Shown here piece by piece: positions 33,790-41,265 of a stretch of 44,890 bases of DNA. The DNA lies in contig CALACD010000393.1 in NCBI GenBank assembly GCA_937890445.1, forward strand, positions 1-44,890. Reading direction: 5' to 3'. A model generated the notes under the pieces. That model searched no databases and was not told the origin of the DNA. It saw only the letters and a program-made list of their open reading frames with translations. Numbering within the stretch: position 1 is the first letter of the stretch; each line of letters opens with the position of its first letter. Source of the stretch: an uncultured Acidimicrobiia bacterium (GTDB lineage: Bacteria > Actinomycetota > Acidimicrobiia > Acidimicrobiales > SZUA-35). The translations under genes and the position numbers were made by a program.

Positions 33790-36078
33790 ATGGACGGGGT
33801 GGACCACATCGAGCACTTCCTGGACCTGCTCGATACCGAGGGCCGATTGGTGCACGTCGAGTCGATGGCGGAGCGTCTGGCTCGCCCCGGCCAACTCAGC
33901 ACGGCGCTCCCGGCCTCCATCGAACATGTGCTTCCAACCGGTGGACTCTGGTCCCACCAAGCCGAAGCCATCGATCACCTCCGGTCCCGACGTTCGGTGG
34001 TGGTGGCCACGGGAACATCGTCGGGAAAATCGCTGACCTTCCAGGTTCCGATCGCCGAGTCGATCGTGTCCGGGCTCCGAGCGTCGACGTCGCTGCTGCT
34101 GTATCCGACCAAGGCGTTGGCCCAGGACCAACGTCGAGCACTCGACCGCTTGGGAGTACCGGGGCTGGTCGCCTCGACCTACGATGGCGACACCGATCGT
34201 GACGATCGGAGTTGGGCTCGAGGCAACGCCAATGTGCTGCTCACCAATCCCGAGATGCTCCACTACGGCATCCTCCCTCACCACACCAAGTGGGCAACGT
34301 TCCTGAAGCGGCTGAAGTTCGTCGTGGTCGACGAGCTCCACGTCTTGCGGGGAATCTTCGGTACCCACATGGCCCATGTATTGCGCCGACTTCGGCGGGT
34401 TTGTGCGCTGTATGGGTCTGACCCGACCTTCGTGTTCTGTTCGGCCACGATCGGTACGCCCGAGGTGCTGGCCACCGAGCTGTGCGGCAAGGAGGTCGTT
34501 GCAGTCGTGGACGATGGTTCACCATGCGCAGAACGTCGCGTGGCCTTCGTAGAGCCAGCTCTTATCGACGTCGAACGCGGTCTTCGACAGTCACCGGCAA
34601 GCGAGACGATCCGCACCGTGATCGAGCTGGTGTTGTCCGGTCGGCGGGTCATTGCCTTCTGCGCCAGCCGATCCCTGACCGAACGCGTGGCGGCGGGAGT
34701 GGCTCGAGGCCTCCCGCCGGAACTGGCCGATGCGGTTCGCCCCTATCGCTCGGGATACCTGGCGTCGGAACGACGCGACATCGAAGCCGAGCTGGCGGCC
34801 GGGTCGCTGCGGGCCGTGATCTCGACCAGTGCCCTCGAACTCGGTGTGGACATCGGTGGGCTCGATGCCACGGTGCTCTGTGGCTTTCCCGGCACCATTG
34901 CCTCCTTCTGGCAGCAGATCGGGCGGGCCGGGCGCAACGGTCAGGAGTCGATTGCCGTCCTCGTGGCTGGTGACGATCAGCTGGACCAGTGGTTCGTCAA
35001 ACATCCGAAGGATCTCTTCGAACGTCCGCCGGAACCAGCCGTCATCAACGTCTCGAACACCGAGATCCAGGTGCCCCACCTCGGCTGTGCCGCCTACGAG
35101 ACACCGTTGTCAGCGGCCGACGAGAAGTGGTGGCCGGACCTCGACGAAGGAGTCCGACTCGGCGTTCAGCGCGACGACCTTCGAATTCGACGGGACCGAC
35201 ACCGGCTGGCCCGAGCGACATGGGGCGGACGAGGTATGCCCTTTCGACGGTTCGGTCTTCGTTCGGCGTCAGGAGGCGAAGTCAAGATCGTCTCCACCGA
35301 TGATGACCTCATCGGGACGGTCGAACGTTCACGAGCCGGGCACCTGGTGCACCCGGGCGCCGTCTACTTGCATCGTGGTCAGCCCTGGAAGGTGCTCGAA
35401 CTCGACAGCCACCTGGGTCGAGCGGTCGTGACCCCCGACGACGGCAACACATGGACCCAGGTCATTTCTCGAGTCGGGATCGGCGTCCTCGACGCCGATC
35501 GAACCGATGCTCCGAGCAAGGTCGTGGGTCGGGCAACCCTCCACCGAGGGATGGTGTGCGTCACCACGCAGGTCACCGGATACCAGCTTCGAGAAACGGG
35601 GAGTCGAACGCTCCTCGACACGGTCGAACTCGACCTCCGGCCCGAGGAACTGGTGACGACATCGATCTGGTACGAGTGGACCCCGGACGTCGTGAGCCTG
35701 TCCGGGGTCAGCGACTTCAACCTTCCCGGCGCCCTCCACGCAGCCGAACATGCGGCCATTGGCATCCTTCCGTTGTTCACGATCTGCGATCGATGGGACG
35801 TGGGCGGGGTGTCGATCGCAGCGGCACCTGCCACCGGCCTGCCAACGGTGTTCATCTACGACGGCTACCCGGGCGGCGCGGGGATCGCCGATTTGGCCTT
35901 CGACGCCGCCGACCGTCATCTGAGCGCCACCGCCGAGGTGCTGGCCTCGTGCCGTTGCACGACCGGTTGCCCGTCGTGTGTCCAATCCCCCAAGTGCGGC
36001 AACGGGAACGAGCCTCTGGACAAGTTGGCAGCCCGGGCACTGCTCGAGACCACCCTGGGTTTCGAGGACCCCTTCTGA
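33790..36078 (+). CDS. DEAD/DEAH-box helicase with C-terminal DUF1998 Zn-binding domain (MrfA/SftH type)
   Basis: Walker A ATGTSSGKS, VVDELH, CSAT, motif VI WQQIGRAGRNG, and the C-terminal CRCTTGCPSCVQSPKCGNGNEPLDK. Confidence 0.88.
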   Translation: MDGVDHIEHFLDLLDTEGRLVHVESMAERLARPGQLSTALPASIEHVLPTGGLWSHQAEAIDHLRSRRSVVVATGTSSGKSLTFQVPIAESIVSGLRASTSLLLYPTKALAQDQRRALDRLGVPGLVASTYDGDTDRDDRSWARGNANVLLTNPEMLHYGILPHHTKWATFLKRLKFVVVDELHVLRGIFGTHMAHVLRRLRRVCALYGSDPTFVFCSATIGTPEVLATELCGKEVVAVVDDGSPCAERRVAFVEPALIDVERGLRQSPASETIRTVIELVLSGRRVIAFCASRSLTERVAAGVARGLPPELADAVRPYRSGYLASERRDIEAELAAGSLRAVISTSALELGVDIGGLDATVLCGFPGTIASFWQQIGRAGRNGQESIAVLVAGDDQLDQWFVKHPKDLFERPPEPAVINVSNTEIQVPHLGCAAYETPLSAADEKWWPDLDEGVRLGVQRDDLRIRRDRHRLARATWGGRGMPFRRFGLRSASGGEVKIVSTDDDLIGTVERSRAGHLVHPGAVYLHRGQPWKVLELDSHLGRAVVTPDDGNTWTQVISRVGIGVLDADRTDAPSKVVGRATLHRGMVCVTTQVTGYQLRETGSRTLLDTVELDLRPEELVTTSIWYEWTPDVVSLSGVSDFNLPGALHAAEHAAIGILPLFTICDRWDVGGVSIAAAPATGLPTVFIYDGYPGGAGIADLAFDAADRHLSATAEVLASCRCTTGCPSCVQSPKCGNGNEPLDKLAARALLETTLGFEDPF

Positions 36079-36143
36079 GTACTGAACGACCCTGAGTACT
36101 GAACGACCCTGAGTACTGAACGACCCTGAGTACTGAACGACCC
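36076..36143. repeat. Perfect 4 x 17-bp tandem repeat TGAGTACTGAACGACCC; the first TGA is the helicase stop codon
   Basis: Read directly. The copies are at 36076, 36093, 36110 and 36127. Each unit contains the near-palindrome TGAGTACTGA. Confidence 0.95.
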
Positions 36144-36163
36144 AGGACACCTCGACGAGGCCG

Positions 36164-36189
36164 CCCCTGCCCTGTCTGTCAGGGTGGGG
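36164..36189. terminator. Stem-loop between convergent helicase and oxidoreductase genes (CCCCtgCCCTG-tctgt-CAGGGtGGGG)
   Basis: A 9-bp interrupted stem read directly, followed by the palindrome GAGGCGCCTC. No clear U-tract. Confidence 0.35.
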
Positions 36190-36230
36190 TGAGGCGCCTC
36201 GGGAAAGACGCCCAGGCAAAGCGCTGACGT

Positions 36231-37172
36231 TCAGTCGAACTCGATCACGCAGCGACCGCGGGTCCCGCCGGCCTCGAGGCGGGCATGGGCCTCGGAAGCT
36301 CGATCAACGGGAAAAGTTGCCGCAACCCGCAACGTCACGGCACCGTCTTCGACCAATTGTCGCAGTTCGTCCAGCTTCTGGTGCTCCTGGGAGTACTCGA
36401 CGACCCAGGTCGTGGTGAACGCAATGGCTCGCTGGGGTCGAGCCGAGAAACCCCGAATCGACGTGAACGCGCCGCCGTCACGCACGGCACCGATGACCAG
36501 ATCGTTCTGTACCGACCCGTCGGCGAGACCATCGACTCCCTCCGGAACGTGTCGTCGGATGGCTTCCGCTACGTCGTCACCTCGGGGGACCACGATGTCC
36601 GCTCCCAGCCGTGACACCAAATCGGAATCGGCCTCGGATGCATCGGCGATCACCGTGAGCCCGGCCACCTTGGCCAACTGCACGACATAGCCGCCGTAGC
36701 AGCCTGCGGCACCGGTCACGGCCAGGGTCTGGCCCGGTTCGAGACCGAGCAGATCGAGTGACAGCCGGGCAGTCAGCCCATTCATCGGCAGGGTGGATGC
36801 CTCGGCGTGGCTGGCATTCGCCGGTGCCCTCGCCACCGACGCCGCAGGCACCACCAGGTTCTGCCGATAGGCACCGTGGGCACCCTTGGGCACGACGACG
36901 GCCATCGCCCGATCCCCGACACGAATTCCGGTGGTGACCCCGGGCCCGACCTCGTCGACGACACCGGCGGCGTCCATGCCGGGAACGATCGGAAACCCGA
37001 ACTCCCTTTGCGCCTCCGCCCGCGAGCCGTTGCGAGCCAAGGTGTCCGTCGGATTCACGGTCGCGGCGTGCACTCGCAGTCGGACCTTCCCCGGTCCGGC
37101 ATGGACCTCGGGGAGGTCGATCGTCTCGAGAGCCTCAGGCCCTCCGTAGGCATGGACACCGATGGCTCGCAT
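36231..37172 (-). CDS. NADPH:quinone oxidoreductase / MDR-superfamily zinc-independent dehydrogenase
   Basis: MDR fold with the Rossmann motif [17 protein letters not shown] and no catalytic-Zn Cys/His set. Confidence 0.8.
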   Translation of the reverse strand: MRAIGVHAYGGPEALETIDLPEVHAGPGKVRLRVHAATVNPTDTLARNGSRAEAQREFGFPIVPGMDAAGVVDEVGPGVTTGIRVGDRAMAVVVPKGAHGAYRQNLVVPAASVARAPANASHAEASTLPMNGLTARLSLDLLGLEPGQTLAVTGAAGCYGGYVVQLAKVAGLTVIADASEADSDLVSRLGADIVVPRGDDVAEAIRRHVPEGVDGLADGSVQNDLVIGAVRDGGAFTSIRGFSARPQRAIAFTTTWVVEYSQEHQKLDELRQLVEDGAVTLRVAATFPVDRASEAHARLEAGGTRGRCVIEFD

Positions 37173-37178
37173 GCCCAG

Positions 37179-37184
37179 ACCCTA
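37179..37184 (-). promoter_or_regulatory. -10-like hexamer TAGGGT, 6 nt upstream of oxidoreductase ATG 37172
   Basis: Plus strand reads acccta. TAnnnT + 6 nt + ATG. Confidence 0.4.
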
Positions 37185-37191
37185 GCGATCC

Positions 37192-37587
37192 TCACTCCAC
37201 TCGCATCGTGACCGAGCCCGACACGGTGACGTCGCCGATCAGCCGTCCGACCAGCGGGACATCGGTCGGCGACCGATAACTGACCCGGGCCGTCGTCCGA
37301 TCGCCTCGCTCTCCACCTCCCGACAACGACACGGTCAAACGGTGTCGATCGAGATTGCTGGCACCCTCAGCGGCTCGTCGGGCGACCGCCGCATCTGGAT
37401 CGACTGCGGCCGAGCGAGCCGCCTCTCGGGCGGCGTGCTGGACCAGGAGTTGATCCTTGGCCACCAGCGCAGCCTGGATCAGGATCATCAGAAGCAGGAC
37501 AACGACGGGGAGCACCAGCGCCAACTCCACCGTTGCCTGACCTCGTTCGAGCCGGTTTCCGTCGTGCTGGCGCTCCCCGTCGCCCAT
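37192..37587 (-). CDS. TadE-like pseudopilin/pilus assembly protein
   Basis: ERGQATVELALVLPVVVLLLMILIQ is a TadE-type N-terminal segment. TGATG junction with the upstream flp-like gene. Confidence 0.7.
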   Translation of the reverse strand: MGDGERQHDGNRLERGQATVELALVLPVVVLLLMILIQAALVAKDQLLVQHAAREAARSAAVDPDAAVARRAAEGASNLDRHRLTVSLSGGGERGDRTTARVSYRSPTDVPLVGRLIGDVTVSGSVTMRVE

Positions 37588-37781
37588 CAGCCGACCTGCC
37601 CGATGACCGAGTCGAGCACGGCGTTCAGCAGCCGAGTGACTCGACCGGTGCTGCTGGCCCAGGCCAGAACGAGCCCGGCCAACGTTGCCGCTCCCAGGAT
37701 GACCAGGGCGTACTCGGCGGTGGCCTGACCTTCTTGGCGTCGACGCCCCTGTGTCGCGATCAGTGCATGAAGCATCTGCAT
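37587..37781 (-). CDS. Flp-pilin-like small protein (DUF4244 type)
   Basis: GQATAEYALVILGAATLAGLVLAW is a Flp/DUF4244 G-x4-EY processing-site-like motif followed by a hydrophobic helix. An AGGAAAGG SD lies upstream of ATG 37781. Confidence 0.65.
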   Translation of the reverse strand: MQMLHALIATQGRRRQEGQATAEYALVILGAATLAGLVLAWASSTGRVTRLLNAVLDSVIGQVG

Positions 37782-37851
37782 GGTGTTGTGCCTTTCCTGT
37801 TGTCGTGGTTCGGCAGCACGGCTGCGAGGTTTCCGGCCCGGGTCGTGCGGT

Positions 37852-38547
37852 TCACAGACTCCGGAACGAGAGCAGGAGGAGAGGCAGCACAGCCCCTACG
37901 AGGAGGGCGGGAAGCGAGCAGACGACCAGCGGGAACAGCAATTGAACGGGCAAGCGGCGGGCTCGGATCTCGGCCTGGATTCGCCGAGCGCTGCGTGCTT
38001 CGGCCCCGAGGCGAGTCAACAACAACGCCAGCGGCGCACCGTCGCGTTCAGAGGCAAGGAGCGCCGCCACCAGCGGCCGGTAGGTCTCACCGAGACGCTG
38101 GGGAAGCGTTTGCATCGCCTCTCGCAGTGGACGGCCGGCGCGAGCCTCCTCCAGCACGGCGCAGAGGTCTGCAGTCACCGTCTCGGGGCCAACGACCGAA
38201 GCCACCCGAATGGCCTCGTGGATGGTGCCGCCCGAACCAACGGTCACCGACACGAGGTCGATGACCTCCGGCAGCACGGCTGCCCGGGCGGCCCGGTGAC
38301 GTGTGGCCGCCACCGCGCTGAATTTGCGGCGCCCACCGACGACCAGAGCCGTCGTCAACAGGATCGAGGGCCACCAAACGATGGCGCCGACGACGATCGT
38401 GGGCCCGACGGCGAACCACGGATTCCACTGAGGTCGGCGGCGATCCGGCCGAGACCGGTTCGTCGAGCCTCGCGCCTCGAGCGCCGTTGACATCAACCCA
38501 AGGAAGACCGCTACGAACGAAGCGACGCCCATGACCGCAGCCATCAT
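37852..38547 (-). CDS. tadC: Type II secretion system F-family protein (TadC-like)
   Basis: T2SSF domain flanked by TM helices. ATG 38547 forms an ATGA overlap with the tadB stop. ORF-track start is 38622. Confidence 0.75.
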   Translation of the reverse strand: MMAAVMGVASFVAVFLGLMSTALEARGSTNRSRPDRRRPQWNPWFAVGPTIVVGAIVWWPSILLTTALVVGGRRKFSAVAATRHRAARAAVLPEVIDLVSVTVGSGGTIHEAIRVASVVGPETVTADLCAVLEEARAGRPLREAMQTLPQRLGETYRPLVAALLASERDGAPLALLLTRLGAEARSARRIQAEIRARRLPVQLLFPLVVCSLPALLVGAVLPLLLLSFRSL

Positions 38548-39332
38548 CGCCGTCTCCCCCACACCGCGAGATCGATCCAGATCCATCCCGCCGCCAGCAA
38601 CCCCGTCATCGCGATCAGACACCCCAGCCCTGGCACCGAGCGCAGATAGAAGTGAGCGGCATCGTCATCGATCAAGATCAGGACGAGGACGAAGGCGACC
38701 GGAAGAAGCGACAGCACGACCGACGATGCCAAGGCCTGTGACGACTGGGCCCTGACCTCGGCATCTGCTGCTGCGCTCGCTCGCAACGCCTCACCCAGTC
38801 GGTCGAATGCCGGTGCCGCCGGGCCGCCGTTGCTCACCAGTACGAGAGTGGCCGCCGTCACCATGCGAATCGCCGGCGTTCGGAGACCTCCAGCATGATG
38901 GCGAAGTGCGTGCTCGAGGCTCACACCGCCAGCCAGAGCCCCGGCGACGTCCCCCAGCGCAGCATCGACGCGGCGCCATCGAGCGATGCCTTCGACGAAT
39001 GCCGAGGGCAACGCTGCCCCCGAACGCAATTGCTGCACCAGATGGTCGACGAAGGCCAGCAAGTCGGTCTGGAGGACCTGCTCGGCCCGACGTTCGCCCC
39101 GACGCCGCCACAGCCTTCTGGCCGGCACGGCCAACCAGAGCACGAGGATCAGGATCGAGACGCTGCGTAGTGCGACCGCCGCAACCACCACCCCGAGGAA
39201 CGCCAACGAGACCCGAGGCGGTGGGGCCGGCCACGGGCGACCACGTTCAGCTCGTGGTGGCGGACGAGTCCAAAGCCAAGCGATCAGGAAACAGGTTCCG
39301 CACCAGAGGACGATCAAGAGGTCGACCTCCAC
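38544..39332 (-). CDS. tadB: Type II secretion system F-family protein (TadB-like)
   Basis: Only the C-terminal ~262 aa of the 567-aa track ORF look like a T2SSF membrane protein. GTG 39332 was chosen and overlaps the cpaF end by 19 nt, so the start is uncertain. Confidence 0.68.
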   Translation of the reverse strand: MEVDLLIVLWCGTCFLIAWLWTRPPPRAERGRPWPAPPPRVSLAFLGVVVAAVALRSVSILILVLWLAVPARRLWRRRGERRAEQVLQTDLLAFVDHLVQQLRSGAALPSAFVEGIARWRRVDAALGDVAGALAGGVSLEHALRHHAGGLRTPAIRMVTAATLVLVSNGGPAAPAFDRLGEALRASAAADAEVRAQSSQALASSVVLSLLPVAFVLVLILIDDDAAHFYLRSVPGLGCLIAMTGLLAAGWIWIDLAVWGRRR

Positions 39333-40390
39333 ACCGGTCGGAGCCGGTGCCTGGAGGACCCGGTTGGAGTGACGACCTCGGCCACCTCCACCACTGCGCG
39401 CCGGTTTCCTCGACGGGCCACTTGCACGACGACGTCCACCGCCGACATCAGCTGGTGTTCGACCGCAGCCGGTGGAAGATCGACGTCGCCCAACATGGCC
39501 AGGGTGAGCAGCCGATCCAGGGCAGCGGCACAGCTGTTGGCATGACACGTGGTCAGCGAACCCGAGTGCCCGGTGTTGAGGGCGAGTAGCAGATCGAGGG
39601 CTTCGGCCCCACGAATCTCCCCCACGACGATCCGGTCGGGTCGCATTCGCAGCGAGGACCGGACCAGATCGCGCAATGAAACCTCGCCCACACCCTCGGA
39701 GTTCGAGGACCGAGCTTCGAGGCGGAGCACGTGATCGCCCGAGAACTGCAACTCGGTGGTGTCCTCGAGAACGACCACACGTTCGCCCCGAGGAAAGTGG
39801 CACGCCATGGCGTTGAGCAGGGTCGTCTTGCCAGCACCGGTACCACCTGACACGACGATGGTCCTCCGTTGCTCGACGCAGGTTCGCAACAGACCTGCCA
39901 CCTCGACGGGACCGAAGTCCTCCAGCCGCAACGACATGACCGAGAACCGACGAATGGTGATGAACGGTCCTCCGATGGCCAGGGGCGGAATCGCGATGTG
40001 CACTCGGCTGCCATCGGCCAGGCGTCCGTCGACCAGGGGGCTCAGGCGGTCGACTCGGAGGCCGAGGGGATCGAGTACCCGTTCGATCAGGAGATCGATG
40101 TCGGTTCTTCCCAACTCGACATCCGTTTCGATCAGGTATCCGCCACGTTCGAGCCAGACCCGCCCTGGGCCATTGACCATCACTTCGGTGACCGTCGGAT
40201 CGTCGAGCAATGCGGCGATGGGGCCGAGCCCGTGCGCCCGCCTCCACGCCCGCTCGGCGACATCGACCACCGCGGTACCGGCCAGGAGCGGATCGGCTCG
40301 CCGGATTCGCTCCATGAGATCAGCCCGAGCAGCCGACGGCTCGTTGGCCAGGAGTTCGGCCAACTGCTCGTCCATCGAGTTCGGGCTCAT
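39314..40390 (-). CDS. cpaF: CpaF/TadA-family secretion ATPase
   Basis: Walker A VSGGTGAGKTTLLNAM, Asp box/Walker B VVLEDTTEL, His box TGHSGSLTTCHAN. ATG 40390 forms an ATGA overlap with the upstream stop. Confidence 0.9.
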   Translation of the reverse strand: MSPNSMDEQLAELLANEPSAARADLMERIRRADPLLAGTAVVDVAERAWRRAHGLGPIAALLDDPTVTEVMVNGPGRVWLERGGYLIETDVELGRTDIDLLIERVLDPLGLRVDRLSPLVDGRLADGSRVHIAIPPLAIGGPFITIRRFSVMSLRLEDFGPVEVAGLLRTCVEQRRTIVVSGGTGAGKTTLLNAMACHFPRGERVVVLEDTTELQFSGDHVLRLEARSSNSEGVGEVSLRDLVRSSLRMRPDRIVVGEIRGAEALDLLLALNTGHSGSLTTCHANSCAAALDRLLTLAMLGDVDLPPAAVEHQLMSAVDVVVQVARRGNRRAVVEVAEVVTPTGSSRHRLRPVWRSTS

Positions 40391-41031
40391 GAACCAAGTC
40401 CGAGCAACTGTTCGAGCGGGCGCAGCGCTCGCGGCAAGCGAGCACTCAGCAGGCCGGCATCGACGGCGCGTGCGATTGCCGGATCCCACCGGATCACCGG
40501 GCCGACCGCAACACCGACCGAAGCACCGACATCCTGGGGTCGCAACGCTCGGCCTGGTTCAGCCACCAGCACCACGGCGTCAGGGTCAGGGCCCCGTCGT
40601 GCTGCCCGCAACGCCAGGTAGCACGCCCGAGTAACGAGGATCGTTCGGCGGCTGGCGGCCAGGAGTGGGACGACGACCTGGGACTGCGTTCCTACGTCGA
40701 GGATCACCGTGCGCCCTTCGGCCGACAGCAGCCGAGCGAGGATGCGACTTTGGGGTGCGCTCGGGCGCATCCGCCCCTCCCCGGCCGTCAGGAGCGAGAG
40801 GCGATCGGTGATCGGCACTTCGATCCTGCGCAGCGCGTCCGGCAATGGCATCTCTGCCGCCAACCACTCCGCTAGACCGGGACGGTCATCGGTGTCGACA
40901 CCGAGCAACGCCGGCAGATCTCCGTTCAAATCCACCAACAGGGTCGGAGCCGCCGACGATGCCAGGAGGGCCGCCGATGCTGCGACGACAGAACAACCGA
41001 CGCCACCTTTGGCGGCGAAGAACGACAACAT
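40387..41031 (-). CDS. ParA/MinD-fold CpaE/Ssd-like protein with deviant Walker A lacking the GK[ST] lysine
   Basis: MLSFFAAKGGVGCSVVA has the KGGxGxS layout, but with Cys where the P-loop Lys is expected. A GGAGG SD lies 8 nt upstream of ATG 41031, and the track start 41046 lies in that SD. Confidence 0.65.
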   Translation of the reverse strand: MLSFFAAKGGVGCSVVAASAALLASSAAPTLLVDLNGDLPALLGVDTDDRPGLAEWLAAEMPLPDALRRIEVPITDRLSLLTAGEGRMRPSAPQSRILARLLSAEGRTVILDVGTQSQVVVPLLAASRRTILVTRACYLALRAARRGPDPDAVVLVAEPGRALRPQDVGASVGVAVGPVIRWDPAIARAVDAGLLSARLPRALRPLEQLLGLGS

Positions 41032-41058
41032 GGGAACAACCTCCACGACGAGCGATCA

Positions 41059-41128
41059 CATCGAGGGGGAAGCGATGAACCGGCACACCTTCGGGGGGAG
41101 AACGGGGCCGATCGAGAGGGATGCTCTC
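41059..41128 (-). ncRNA. 6C-like RNA: hairpins with C-rich loops upstream of the ssd/tad operon
   Basis: Hand-folded on the minus strand: CGGCC..CC-G-UUC[UCCCCCC]GAA-GG..GCCG (six consecutive C at 41098-41093) and CAUCG[CUUCCCCCU]CGAUG (41077-41059), preceded by GAGAG[CAUCC]CUCUC. The known 6C motif is defined by two C-rich loops and lies upstream of partitioning/pilus-assembly genes in Actinobacteria. The ends are not determined. Confidence 0.5.
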
Positions 41129-41136
41129 CACACCGA

Positions 41137-41142
41137 TAGGGT
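41137..41142 (+). promoter_or_regulatory. -10-like hexamer TAGGGT, 7 nt upstream of the selC 5' end
   Basis: TAnnnT at a TSS-compatible distance from the mature tRNA 5' end (41150). Confidence 0.3.
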
Positions 41143-41149
41143 GCCAGGT

Positions 41150-41245
41150 GGAGGTGTCCGAGTACCTGGTGGGCTCCCCCGCCTTCAAAGCGGGTGTGCG
41201 ATGTGATCCATCGTAGGCGGGTTCGATTCCCGTCCACCTCCGCCA
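41150..41245 (+). tRNA. selC: tRNA-Sec (anticodon TCA), 96 nt, CCA encoded
   Basis: GGAGGTG(T)...CCCGC-CTTCAAA-GCGGG (the same anticodon loop as E. coli selC), a long variable arm GCGATG-TGATC-CATCGT, the T arm (G)GCGGG-TTCGATT-CCCGT(C), then CACCTCC-G-CCA. The overall architecture parallels E. coli selC. Confidence 0.88.
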
Positions 41246-41265
41246 AACAAACTTCTTCGGATCAT

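Noticed and set aside
33790-36078. The helicase + DUF1998 combination as a possible DISARM-like (DrmA/DrmB) anti-phage module.
   Set aside because: The two parts are fused in one polypeptide, as in the housekeeping MrfA/SftH repair helicases. No methylase or PLD-nuclease partners are present. The gene sits in the conserved topA-helicase-tad neighbourhood seen in mycobacteria.
36076-36143. Whether the tandem repeat arrays (also 9731-9798 and 15781-15826) could be CRISPR arrays.
   Set aside because: The units are directly adjacent with no spacers, only 13-17 bp long, present in 2-5 copies, and there are no cas genes. They are micro/minisatellite-type or operator-type repeats.
38544-40247. A 567-aa ORF that might suggest a large fused TadB protein.
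   Set aside because: Its N-terminal ~300 aa lie in an alternate frame of the well-supported cpaF gene and are Arg/Pro-rich nonsense. Only the part downstream of GTG 39332 looks like a T2SSF membrane protein.
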